Shown here one piece after another: positions 35,145 to 49,489 of a DNA stretch of 64,000 nt. Source of the stretch: Eledone cirrhosa (taxonomy: Eukaryota); assembly GCA_964016885.1 (NCBI GenBank), contig OZ024741.1, positions 329,654,001 to 329,718,000 of the forward strand, given 5' to 3'. Within the stretch, counting starts at the first letter, position 1. Each line of letters starts with the position of its first letter. The position numbers and the translations under genes are program-made. Below the pieces are notes generated by a model. It was not told the DNA's origin. It saw only the letters and a list, made by a program, of their open reading frames with translations, and ran no database searches.

Positions 35145-36700
35145 TCTGCCTCTTTCTCCGGGACACACTTTTTGCATATGGTGTGTATCGTTGTCATGAA
35201 GTGTTGAATTGTGTGTTAGTGTCTTGTGTGGCGGTGTTTTCACTCCATGTTTGCTTCCGGATTTCACTCTTAATCTTTTTCCAGTTAGCCTTGTAAAAGT
35301 TAAGGTTGGATAGCGTCCCGGAGCTTCTTGGTGTTTTGTCTCTGTTGGTTCTCACCTTTACATTGTGGATGAGCACTTCGTTGTTTGTAAAACAGAGGTC
35401 CAGGACATTTTCGGCCTCTTGTTGGGAGGAGTATTGCTTGCTCCATGAACAGCCTGTGTGTGAGGGCCAGCAAGGATTCCGTCTGTCTCTGTTCTATTGA
35501 CGTCATTCCAGGGAGGAGGTGGCCCTCAGGCCATTTGACCTTTGGTAGGTTGAAGTCTCCCAGCAGTAGGATGTTGAGACCCTGGTCCAGTTTGTCAAGG
35601 ACCTCTTCTATCCTACTTAGGCTATGCTCAAATTTACCCTCATGAGTGGGGGAATCGGGCCGCCGCCGGTATGTGACACATATTACCGTCTGTAGTTGCT
35701 TCATATGTATTATCAGTGTGTCACAGACTGAGTTTGAATGTGTCAACAGTACAATTGGTGTGACATCTTCACGGATATACAGAGCAACCCCACCCATGAG
35801 TTCTCTCCTTCCTGTCCGAACGAAATACAGTATATTTCGGTATATGTATTTCTGCATCTGCTATACTGCTTGTCAGGTGCGTTTCGGTTAGTGCCATGCA
35901 TAGTGCTTGATTGCTTATGGCTAAGTCTCCCAGGTAGGAAATTTTACTCATGTTGCTGAGTTTCACCAGGCCCCTGACATTCAGCAGCAGCACTGGTGTG
36001 ACTTTTGGGGTGCCAGTAATGGCTGTCGGTATGACACCTGGTCTGGTGTCAGCGGCGGCCACTCTGGGTCCCTTAACAGCGGTGGGTCTCGAGTGCTGGT
36101 GTGGATGACCCTGGCTCTGGAGACGATGCAGCCAGGTCAGCTGTCCCACAACTTCTCTGCCATCACTAAAAAATTTTTCTGATCTGCTGCTGCCATCTGT
36201 ATCTCGTCGGCATGTGCGTGCCTTCTCCTTGTTGGTGCAGCACGCGCGACATCAGCATACTTCTGGAGCGGCTTATTTCGGCTTTGGCTGGGGCATGTTG
36301 CGCGAGTATGATGGGCATAGTTCGTTTGAGACCTAGGGTGGGCGAATCTGCATCCCATCTCTGTCTCTCCATGCCAGCATGTCCCGTTCTTGAAAAACTT
36401 GCACATTACTTGGGGTTTTTTGCTCCCAGTGTCTCGGTGCTTTCTGTTCTTTCTTTGAACAGTTGTCCACTGGTCCCTCTGCGCTTGGTTCTCCTTCGGA
36501 AGGTGATTTCGCTTGTCACCTTTGCCCTTAGCTTGTTGGATGACTGGCCTGCCCTCCATGCCTGTGGCGGAGGGTATATCATTTTTTTTTCAGGTCCGTG
36601 CTTGTGCTCTCCTCCTTTTCTTTTTCTTTTCCCTCTCCTTCTCCTCATCCCTCCCTTCGGTTTTCTCCTCCCTGAGGACACGGCTTAGCATCGCCATATG
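35145..36700 (-). mobile_element. CR1-type LINE 5' part: ORF1 with CCCH finger plus APE endonuclease
   Basis: CKFFKNGTCWHGETEMGCRFAHP; LLLNVRGL, ALTETHL, YTVFRSDR, GGVALYIRE, ILLLGDFNLP. Confidence 0.9.
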
Positions 36701-38091
36701 AGGCGCTATGAGGACATACGCCTTCTCAATTTCTCAATATACATACATATATATATATATACATGTATATATATATATATACATACATGTATATATATAT
36801 ATATACATACATGTATATATATATATATATACATACATGTATATATATATATATACATACATGTATATATATATATATACATACATGTATATATATATAT
36901 ACATACATAAATATATATATATATATATACATACATAAATATATATATATATATATACATACATAAATATATATATATATACATACATAAATATATATAT
37001 ATATACATACATAAATATATATATATATATACATACATAAATATATATATATATATACATACATAAATATATATATATATACATACATAAATATATATAT
37101 ATATACATACATAAATATATATATATATACATACATAAATATATATATATATACATACATAAATATATATATATATACATACATGTATATATATATATAC
37201 ATACATGTATATATATATATACATACATGTATATATATATATACATACATGTATATATATATACATACATACATAAATATATATATACATACATAAATAT
37301 ATATATATATACATACATAAATATATATATATATACATACATAAATATATATATATATACATACATGTATATATATATATATACATACATGTATATATAT
37401 ATAATATATATACATACATGTATATATATATATATACATACATGTATATATATATATATACATACATAAATAAATATATATATATATACATACATAAATA
37501 TATATATATATACATACATAAATATATATATATATACATACATAAATATATATATATATACATACATAAATATATATATATACATACATAAATATATATA
37601 TATATACATACATAAATATATATATATATACATACATAAATATATATATATATACATACATAAATATATATATATATACATACATAAATATATATATATA
37701 TACATACATAAATATATATATATATAAAATATAATACATAAATATATATATATATATACATACATAAATAATATATATATACATACATAAATATATATAT
37801 ATATACATACATAAATATATATATATATACATACATGTATATATATATATACATACATGTATATATATATATATACATACATATATATACATATACATAC
37901 ATATATATATATACATATACATACATATATATACATATACATACATATATATACATATACATACATATACATACATATATATACATATACATACATATAC
38001 ATACATATACATATATATATAATATATATAATATATATACATATATATACATATATAGATATATATATTATAATACATATATATATATATA

Positions 38092-38188
<97 letters not shown>

Positions 38189-38192
38189 ATAC

Positions 38193-38305
<113 letters not shown>

Positions 38306-38316
38306 TATATTACATA

Positions 38317-38388
<72 letters not shown>

Positions 38389-38424
38389 CATACATATATA
38401 TATACATACATATATATATATGTA

Positions 38425-38460
<36 letters not shown>

Positions 38461-38613
38461 CATACATATATATATATACATACATATATATATATACATA
38501 CATATATATATATACACATACATATATATATACATACATACATATATATATACATACATACATATATATATACATACATATATATATATATACATACATA
38601 TATATATATATAC

Positions 38614-38646
<33 letters not shown>

Positions 38647-38668
38647 CATATATATATATATACATACA

Positions 38669-38709
<41 letters not shown>

Positions 38710-38741
38710 ATACATATATATACATACATATATATATATAC

Positions 38742-38788
<47 letters not shown>

Positions 38789-38803
38789 CATATATATATA
38801 TAC

Positions 38804-38834
<31 letters not shown>

Positions 38835-38881
38835 CATACATATATATATATATATACATACATATATATATATATACATAC

Positions 38882-38946
<65 letters not shown>

Positions 38947-39128
38947 CATACATATATATATACATACATATATATATATATATACATACATATATATATA
39001 CATACATATATATATACATACATATATATATATATACATACATATATATATACATACATATATATATATATACATACATATATATATACATACATATATA
39101 TATACATACATATATATATATATACATA

Positions 39129-39169
<41 letters not shown>

Positions 39170-39221
39170 ACATACATATATATACACATACATATATATA
39201 TATACATACATATATATATAC

Positions 39222-39831
39222 ATGGTGGCTGCCAACTCGTTTTCGAGTACGGCCACTACTTTATATCCATGTAGGAGAACCTCTACCAATGCGCTGAACG
39301 AATGTGACTTTTTAGTCCAGCCAGCGACTTGAAAACTCTGGTACAAACACTACACTTGTGACAATTATTGACACATAGTGCTGGGCCCATGGTACCATGT
39401 GACGACAAGTGCAGAGAGATCTCCAGATATAAAGCAATGCCTGTGCCGTGAAGCTTTTATAGTGAGCAAAGGCACTGCACAAAGCCAGTCCCACTCTCTT
39501 AACCAAGATGATATTTACCAAAAAGAAGAACAATTCAACATCATTGGATACCATCAGGGTTGCAGGTGTTATAATCAGAGTTTTCCTTCTCCTAGAATTC
39601 TGCCTTGACAAAGGCTAAGGGGTCATCTCTCCCGGTGATTTTGGATGGCATTGACTCTTAACAGCTCCTTTACCCTTTGACAGGTTTTGTTTTTAGTCCT
39701 GCAGGATGTCCAAAGTCACCCTCCTCACCAAGAAACCTTGGTGGGGTTGCCAGTTTAATCGCCAACGACCCGACCATGAGACAGGTTGTACTGGGATACA
39801 TGTTACCAGTAGCACCAACTGGTGACCTGAC
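39222..39831 (-). mobile_element. Non-autonomous RTE derivative, copy B (longest, ~610 bp)
   Basis: RTE-like 5' UTR fused to a C2H2-encoding 3' end ending GAAAACGAGTTGGCAGCCACCAT. Confidence 0.85.
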
Positions 39832-39912
39832 ACATATATATATATACATACATATATATATACATACATATATATATATATATACATACATATATATATA
39901 TATATACATACA

Positions 39913-39950
<38 letters not shown>

Positions 39951-40001
39951 CATACATATATATATATACATACATATATATATACATACATATATATATA
40001 C

Positions 40002-40034
<33 letters not shown>

Positions 40035-40115
40035 CATACATATATATATACATACATACATATATATACATATATATATATACATACATATATATATATA
40101 TACATACATATATAT

Positions 40116-40150
<35 letters not shown>

Positions 40151-40208
40151 ACATACATATATATATATATATATATATACATACATATATATATATACAT
40201 ATATATAC

Positions 40209-40305
<97 letters not shown>

Positions 40306-40619
40306 CATATATATATATATATATACATACATATATATATATATATATACATACATATATATATATATATACATACATATATATATATATATACATACAT
40401 ATATATATATATATACATACATATATATATATATACATACATATATATATACATACATATATATATATATATATACATACATATATATATATATACATAC
40501 ATATATATATATTATATATATATATACATACATATATATATATATATATACATACATATATATATATATATATACATACATATATATATATATATATACA
40601 TACATATATATATATATAT

Positions 40620-40678
<59 letters not shown>

Positions 40679-40679
40679 C

Positions 40680-40756
<77 letters not shown>

Positions 40757-40791
40757 CATATATACATACATATATATATATACATACATAT

Positions 40792-40822
<31 letters not shown>

Positions 40823-41071
40823 CATACATATATACATACATATATATATACATACATATATACATACATATATATACATATATATATACATACATATATA
40901 CATACATATATATATACATACATATATACATACATATATATATATACATATACATACATATATACATACATATATATACATATATATATACATACATATA
41001 TATATACATACATATATACATACATATATATATATACATATACATACATATATATATATACATATACATAC

Positions 41072-41106
<35 letters not shown>

Positions 41107-41123
41107 CATACATATATATATAC

Positions 41124-41192
<69 letters not shown>

Positions 41193-41193
41193 C

Positions 41194-41236
<43 letters not shown>

Positions 41237-41237
41237 C

Positions 41238-41284
<47 letters not shown>

Positions 41285-41289
41285 CATAC

Positions 41290-41336
<47 letters not shown>

Positions 41337-41341
41337 CATAC

Positions 41342-41384
<43 letters not shown>

Positions 41385-41385
41385 C

Positions 41386-41486
<101 letters not shown>

Positions 41487-41556
41487 CATACATATATATA
41501 TACATACATATATATATACATACATATATATATACATATATATATATATACACATA

Positions 41557-41590
<34 letters not shown>

Positions 41591-41591
41591 C

Positions 41592-41640
<49 letters not shown>

Positions 41641-41676
41641 CATACATATATATATATATACATACATATATATATA

Positions 41677-41882
<206 letters not shown>

Positions 41883-41889
41883 CATATAC

Positions 41890-42055
<166 letters not shown>

Positions 42056-42063
42056 ATATATAC

Positions 42064-42094
<31 letters not shown>

Positions 42095-42137
42095 CATATA
42101 TATACACATATATATACATACATATATATACATATAT

Positions 42138-42475
42138 ATGGTGGCTGCCAACTCGTTTTCGAGTACGGCCACTACTTTATATCCATGTAGGAGAACCCCT
42201 ACCGATGCGCTAAACAAGTGTGACTTTTAGTCCAGCCAGCGACTTGAAAACTCTGGTACAAACACTACACCTGTGACAATTATTGACACATAGTGTTGGG
42301 CCTTTGGTACCATGTGACGACAAGTGTAGAGAGATCTCCAGATATAAAGCAATGCCTGTGCCGTGAAGCTTTTATAGTGAGCAAAGGCACTGCACAAAGC
42401 CAGTCCCACTCTCTTAACCAAGATGATATTTACCAAAAAGAAGAATAAGTCAACATCATTGGATACCATCAGGGT
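42138..42475 (-). mobile_element. Non-autonomous RTE derivative, copy C (5'-truncated)
   Basis: Same 3' junction as copy B, truncated after ~340 nt. Confidence 0.85.
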
Positions 42476-42652
42476 ATATATACACATATATATACACATA
42501 TATATACATACATATATATACATATATATACACATATATATACATACATATATATATATATATATATACATATATATACATACATATATATATATATATA
42601 TATACATACATATATATATATATATACATATATATACATACATATATATATA

Positions 42653-42706
<54 letters not shown>

Positions 42707-43037
42707 CATACATATATATATACATACATATATATATACATACATATATATATATACATACATATATATATATATATACATACATGTATATATATATATA
42801 TACATACATAAATATATATATATATACATGTATATATATATATACATACATAAATATATATATATATACATGTATATATATATATACATACATAAATATA
42901 TATATACATACATGTATATATATATATATATACATACATAAATATATATATACATACATGTATATATATATATATATACATAAATATATATATACATACA
43001 TGTATATATATATATATATATACATAAATATATATAT

Positions 43038-43070
<33 letters not shown>

Positions 43071-43199
43071 CATACATACATATATATATATACATACATA
43101 CATATATATATATACATACATACATATATATATATACATACATACATATATATATATACATACATACATACATATATATATACATACATACATATATAT

Positions 43200-43250
<51 letters not shown>

Positions 43251-43436
43251 CATACATATATATATATACATACATATATATATATATATACATACATATA
43301 TATATATACATACATATATATATATATACATACATATATATATATATACATACATATATATATATATACATACATATATATATATATATACATACATATA
43401 TATATATACACATACATATATATATATACATACATA

Positions 43437-43523
<87 letters not shown>

Positions 43524-43532
43524 ACATACATA

Positions 43533-43605
<73 letters not shown>

Positions 43606-43624
43606 ACATACATATACATACATA

Positions 43625-43665
<41 letters not shown>

Positions 43666-43675
43666 ACATACATAC

Positions 43676-44007
43676 ATGGTGGCTGCCAACTCGTTTTCGA
43701 GTACGGCCACTACTTTATATCCATGTAGGAGAACCCCTACCGATGCGCTGAACGAGTGTGACTTTTTAGTCCAGCCAGCGACTTGAAAACTCTGGTACAA
43801 ACACTACACATGTGACAATTATTGATACATAGTGCTGGGCCCATGGCACCATGTGACGACAAGTGCAGAGAGATCTCCAGATACAAAGCAATGCCTGTGC
43901 TGTGAAGTTTTATAGTGAGCAAAGGCACTGCACAAAGCCAGTCCCACTCTCTTAACCAAGATGATATTTACCAAAAAGAAGAACAAGTCAACATCATTGG
44001 ATACCAT
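43676..44007 (-). mobile_element. Non-autonomous RTE derivative, copy D (5'-truncated)
   Basis: Same 3' junction; [26 protein letters not shown]. Confidence 0.85.
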
Positions 44008-44470
44008 TGGATATACATATATACATACATACGTACACACATATTCACACATACATATACATATATACACACATACACATATATATATATATATACACAT
44101 ATACACATACATACATATACATATATATATATATATACATATATATACACATATACATATATATACACATATACATATACATACACATACACATATATAT
44201 ACATATATACACACATATACATATATATATACATACATACATATACACATATACACACACATATATACATATACACCCATATACACATACATACATATAT
44301 ATATATACATCTATACATCCATATACATACATACATATACACATATGCATATACATATACACACATATATACATACATATATACATATATACACATACAC
44401 TTATATATCCATACATATACATACATATACACATATACACATACACATACATACACATATACATATATAT

Positions 44471-44928
44471 ATGGTGGCTGCCAACTCGTTTTCGAGCACG
44501 GCCACTACTTTATATCCATGTAGGAGAACCCCTACTGATGCGCTGAACGAGTGTGACTTTTTAGTCCAGCCAGCGACTTGAAAACTCTGGTACAAAGACT
44601 ACACTTGTGACAATTATTGACACATAGTGTTGGGCCCATGGTACCATGTGACGACAAGTGCAGAGAGATCTCCAGATATAAAGCAATGCCTGTGCCGTGA
44701 AGCTTTTATAGTGAGCAAAGGCACTGCACAAAGCCAGTCCCACTCTCTTAACCAAGATGATATTTACCAAAAAGAAGAACAAGTCAACATCATTGGATAC
44801 CATCAGGGTTGCAGGTGTTATATCAGAGTTTTCCTTCTCCTAGAATTCTGCCTTGACAAAGGCTAAGGGGTCATCTCTCCCGGTGATTTTGGATGGCCAT
44901 TGACTCTTAAGAGCTCCTTTGCCCTTTG
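44471..44928 (-). mobile_element. Non-autonomous RTE derivative, copy E (5'-truncated)
   Basis: Same 3' junction, truncated after ~460 nt. Confidence 0.85.
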
Positions 44929-45087
44929 CAAATATATATATATATATATATACATACATATATATATATATACATACATATATATATATACATACTTATA
45001 TATATACATACATACTTATATATATACATACATACATATATATATACATACATACATATATATATATATACATACATACATACATAC

Positions 45088-45118
<31 letters not shown>

Positions 45119-45387
45119 CATACATACATACATATACATACATATATATATATATATACATACATACATATACATACATATATATATATATATACATACA
45201 TACATATACATACATATATATATATATATACATACATACATACATATACATACATATATATATATACATACATACATATACATACATATATATATATACA
45301 CATATATACATATACATGCATATATATATCCACATATATATATATACATATACATACATAGTGCATATATATACATATATACATATA

Positions 45388-45755
45388 CATCATCATCATA
45401 TCATTTTACGTCCGCTTTTTCCCTCTTGCACGGGTCGGGCGGGAACTGATTCTGGCTTCATTTCTACAGTTGGATGCCCTTCCTAACACCAACCTCATTT
45501 ACAGTGAGTGCTGGGTGCCTTCTTTCCGTGGCGCCTACACATCCGCTTTACAGTGTCGGCTGGGTGCTTTTCTGCCATGGCACCTCCACATCCACTTTGC
45601 AGTGGAATGATAGGGACCCCAGTACTATCATCTCATTTCTACAGCTGAGTAAACTGGAGCAATGTGAAATAAAGTGTCTTGCTCAAGGAAACAGCACATT
45701 ACCCGGTCTGGGAATTGAACTCACAACCTTTTGATTGCAAGCCCAATGCTCTAAC
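45388..45755 (-). mobile_element. SINE family 2 (with an extra internal repeat unit)
   Basis: Homologous to the 17583 copy; two TTTACAGTG...GCTGGGTGC units. Confidence 0.88.
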
Positions 45756-45767
45756 ATATATATACAT

Positions 45768-45802
<35 letters not shown>

Positions 45803-45868
45803 CACATATATACATATATATAGACACACACACATATACATAGACACACACACATATACATATATATA

Positions 45869-45906
<38 letters not shown>

Positions 45907-45907
45907 G

Positions 45908-46408
45908 TTTGCATATTGAGTGAGTTAGTCAGCCGGGCGCACCGAAAACGATAAATGGAAAAAATGAAACATTGTTTCATTGTTTCATTTTTTCCATTTA
46001 TCGTTTTCGGTGCGCCCGGCCGACTAACTCACTCGATATACAAATTAGGCTGCTCAGCCGTTAATATGCATAAGGAAAGTATATACTTTCAGACGTTCAA
46101 TCATCTGGCAGGAAGGTATACGATGCTGACGATAGCTAATAAGCTTGAAACTAGTACATCATTCCTTTGTCAGTGTTGAACAAAAGGGCAACGATGGTTG
46201 CTAAACACTGTACGGCTTAATCTGGACCGTTTGTTTGTTTACAAACAAACCGAGCATTATAATAAATGTTCGATAAACCCATACGTACATATATATGTGT
46301 GCATGTATGTAGATATATATATATACATATATACATACTACTGTACGTCTGTATACATATATGTATGTACGTATACATACTCATATATATATATATATAT
46401 ACATGTAT
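45908..46408 (+). mobile_element. Hammerhead-bearing non-coding element with 5' fold-back
   Basis: ~64-bp inverted repeat at 45908-45971 / 45981-46044; hammerhead at 46122-46160; homologous to 57012-57575. Confidence 0.7.
46122..46160 (+). ncRNA. Minimal type-I hammerhead ribozyme motif
   Basis: GATG-CTGACGA-tAGCT(aata)AGCTt-GAAA-ctag-TA-CATC. Confidence 0.8.
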
Positions 46409-46483
46409 ATATGTTTATCCCAGGTTCAATCAGAGGTAACAACAGTAAGTAAGGTACTCCATACCCTGGTACTCAAAGCCCTA

Positions 46484-46535
46484 GGCTTCCTGATGATTTT
46501 TTCCCAAAAGAAATAGTTCTGGTCCTGTAGAAGCC
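46484..46535 (+). ncRNA. Type-I hammerhead motif (weak stem II)
   Basis: GGCTTC-CTGATGA-TTTT(ttccc)AAAA-GAAA-TAG(ttctggtc)CTG-TA-GAAGCC. Confidence 0.65.
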
Positions 46536-46661
46536 ATTTCTATATTAAATATTTGTACTCTGTTATGCATTGAGCTCCTTACTTACTATAGTTAGCCCCG
46601 ATTGAACCTGGGATAAACATATGTTTTAGCACTTTACTGTGTCCCTCTTAACTATCACCAG

Positions 46662-46712
46662 GGCTTCCTGATGATTTTTCCCGAATGAAACAGTTCTTGT
46701 CCTGAAGAAGCC
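46662..46712 (+). ncRNA. Second tandem hammerhead copy, probably inactive
   Basis: GGCTTC-CTGATGA-tttttcccgaat-GAAA-CAG(ttcttgtc)CTG-AA-GAAGCC; the U of the NUH triplet is replaced by A. Confidence 0.5.
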
Positions 46713-46815
46713 ATTTCTATATTAAATATATATTTGTGTTTATATACTTTAAATATATATTTGTGTTTATATACTTTGTGTTTATATACTTTAAATATAT
46801 ATTTGTGTTTATATA

Positions 46816-48051
46816 CTGCTTCCAGGTTTGGAATTTAGAGAATAAATTCCAAACCTGGAAGCAGGGACTAGAGAGAAAGGGCCTCAAAGTCAACATGACA
46901 AAGACTAAGGTCCTTATAAGTAGACGAGAAAACAGAACCCAGATCCCCTCAGGGAAATGGCCTTGCTCAGTATGTAGGAAAGGTGTAGGTAGGAACTCCA
47001 TTCTTTGCCCCAAATGCAAACAATGGGTACACAAGAGATGTAGCGGGATCTCAGGAAGCTTAATTAAGAATGTAGGATTCACATGCAGCAGCTGTGCTGA
47101 AACAGCAAGCAAACAGCCACAGGAAACAAGTACCACCAATCTCTGGGAGGGCCCTGTAGAAACAGTAGACAGCTTCTGCTACCTAGGTGACCGAATTAGC
47201 AACGGAGGTGGGTGCTCAGAAAGTACAATAACTAGGGTAAGAACGGGATGGAAGAAGTTTAGGGAACTACTACCACTGCTAGCTGCAAAAGGCTTCTCCC
47301 TCAGAATGAAAGGCAGACTGTATGATGCGTGTATCCGAACAGCGATGTTGCATGGTAGTGAGACCTGGGCGCTGAAGGTGGAAGACTTACGTAGATTAGA
47401 GAGAAACGAAGCCTGCATGCTCCGATGGATGTGTAACAGTAATATACGTGAACGACAAAGCATAAATGAATTGAGAGAGAGACTGAGCATAAGAGGAATC
47501 AAATGCTGCGTGCAGGAGAGGCGGTTACGCTGGTATGGACATGTGATGCGTATGAAGGATGACAGCTGCATAAAAAGGTGCAGAGCACTAGAAGTTGATG
47601 GAAACCGCGGAGTGGGGAGACCCAAGATGACTTGGGATGAGGTGATAAAAGCCGACCTTACCCAACTACACCTCTCAAAGTCAATGACACACGACCGTGA
47701 CTTCTGGCGTCACGCAGTAATACAGGGTACCCGACCTCCCATGGGTACATGCTGAAGCATATAAACAATATGCCCCCCCCCCCCCCACCGCAAGGTGGTC
47801 GTGGAGGTGCCACGGCAAAAAAGCACCCAGCCCACACTGTAAAGTGGACGTGTAGGCGCCACGAAAAAGCACCCAGCACTCACTGTAAATGAGGTTGGTG
47901 TTAGGAAGGGCATCCAGCTGTAGAAATCAAGCCAGATCAGTTCCTGTATGAGCAAGGCATGGTCAGCCGACCAGACACTGCCCACAACAGGACAACCCGT
48001 CTAACCCATGCTAGCGTGGAAGAACGGACGTAAAACGGTGATGATGATGAT
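46816..48051 (+). mobile_element. RTE LINE family A, second 5'-truncated copy with 5' fold-back
   Basis: Open frame to the stop at 47755; near-identical to ~16294-17515; 22-bp inverted duplication at the 5' junction. Confidence 0.96.
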
Positions 48052-48389
48052 ACAATTCAAAATTTAATAAGACCAAGGATTAGTATTATTATTTATTTAT
48101 ACATCGCTACGGGTGTTTCAATATGGCTAGAGTATCCCATCCATTTATGGAGAAAAAACTGGATATTATCAGTAAATTTACTCCATTATGGGTGCTCTAC
48201 CCCAAACCATATCTCTCCAGGAAATATATATAAGAAATAACAATAAATTGATTAATATCATAAGACAAATTATCAAGAATAATATAGGATTCAAAGCTAT
48301 GTGCATTAAAAAAATATGGAATTATAAATTTATAGGCGCAAAGCATAAGCTTGGGTATATTTTCAGATAATTTTAGTAAATCCTACCAA

Positions 48390-48870
48390 ATTCTTCATTA
48401 ATTAGTTGAAAACAGATATATAGTAATGAGAGAGTTAATTCAGGTAAAGGATTAATTCTACCACTCCATGTAGATATGCTACAACAGGAATTGAACTTCA
48501 TTAAATAACTCAAATAGAAATATAGTAATGAAAGTTAATTTAGGCGAAGAATTAATTCTACCACCTATATAGGTAAACCACAGCAAGAATTAAACTTTAT
48601 CAATTAATTCAAACAGAAATATAGTAATGAAAGAGTTAATTTAGATGATGGCTTAATTATACCAGCCGCCATATAGGCCACAGCTGGAATTTAATTAACT
48701 CAAATAGAAATATAGTAATGAAGTATTATTTGTAACCACCCCATGTAGGTAGGCCACAACAGGAATTGAACTTCGTTAATTAATTCACATAGAAATACAG
48801 TAATGAAAGAGGGTGAAGTATTAATTCTATCACCCATATAGGTAGGCCTCGATAGGAATTGAACTCAGAA
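48390..48870. repeat. Minisatellite of about five ~90-105-bp units
   Basis: Recurring AGAAATATAGTAATGAAAG...TTAATTCTACCAC...GGAATTGAACTT. Confidence 0.8.
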
Positions 48871-49489
48871 GGCAAAGTGTAAGAACACCCCAAGTAACCC
48901 TGTCTGAGCCTCTATCAAATCTGCCAGTCCACAACCTTAGACTGGTACTTTGATGCTACAACATTTCTGCCAATTCAGTCTATAACCAATTTTATCGATC
49001 AATATTTATCAAATTGCTGTTCTGTTAGTGCCAGTCATGGACTGGGGTTGGTTCTTCCTCGATCTCTCTTTCTCTGGAAGAAATCGACTGTGTTTAGACC
49101 AGAGGTATAACTAGGGAAATTAGCGCCTATGACAAGCAAATAATTGCACCCCTGCCTCCCAGCACTGTATTTTTACCTAAGGGCCTGATAATTTATATAA
49201 ATGGTATAATGATCCAACCACTATAATGCTTCTCAACCATGATAATAAAAAGCAGATCATACAGCTGAAGGAGTTTCTTTTTTTCACTCTCCAACAATAA
49301 CCTATCTGACTTTAATAGAATGTGCACCTAGTCAAAGTGGCACACCCTTTCAAATCACGCCGCTGGTTTAAACCTGGAGAGAAGATGGGCTCCATCAGGT
49401 TTAACATGCCCAAGACATGCTGCATGTCTTTGTCACTACAGCATCTCTATGACTCCAGGAGCTATGGGTCCATACATACAATTCCAACC

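Noticed and set aside
36682-36730. Hairpin followed by GCTAAGCC near the CR1 5' end, considered as an HDV-like ribozyme
   Set aside because: Explained by a simple hairpin; the full pseudoknot could not be built.
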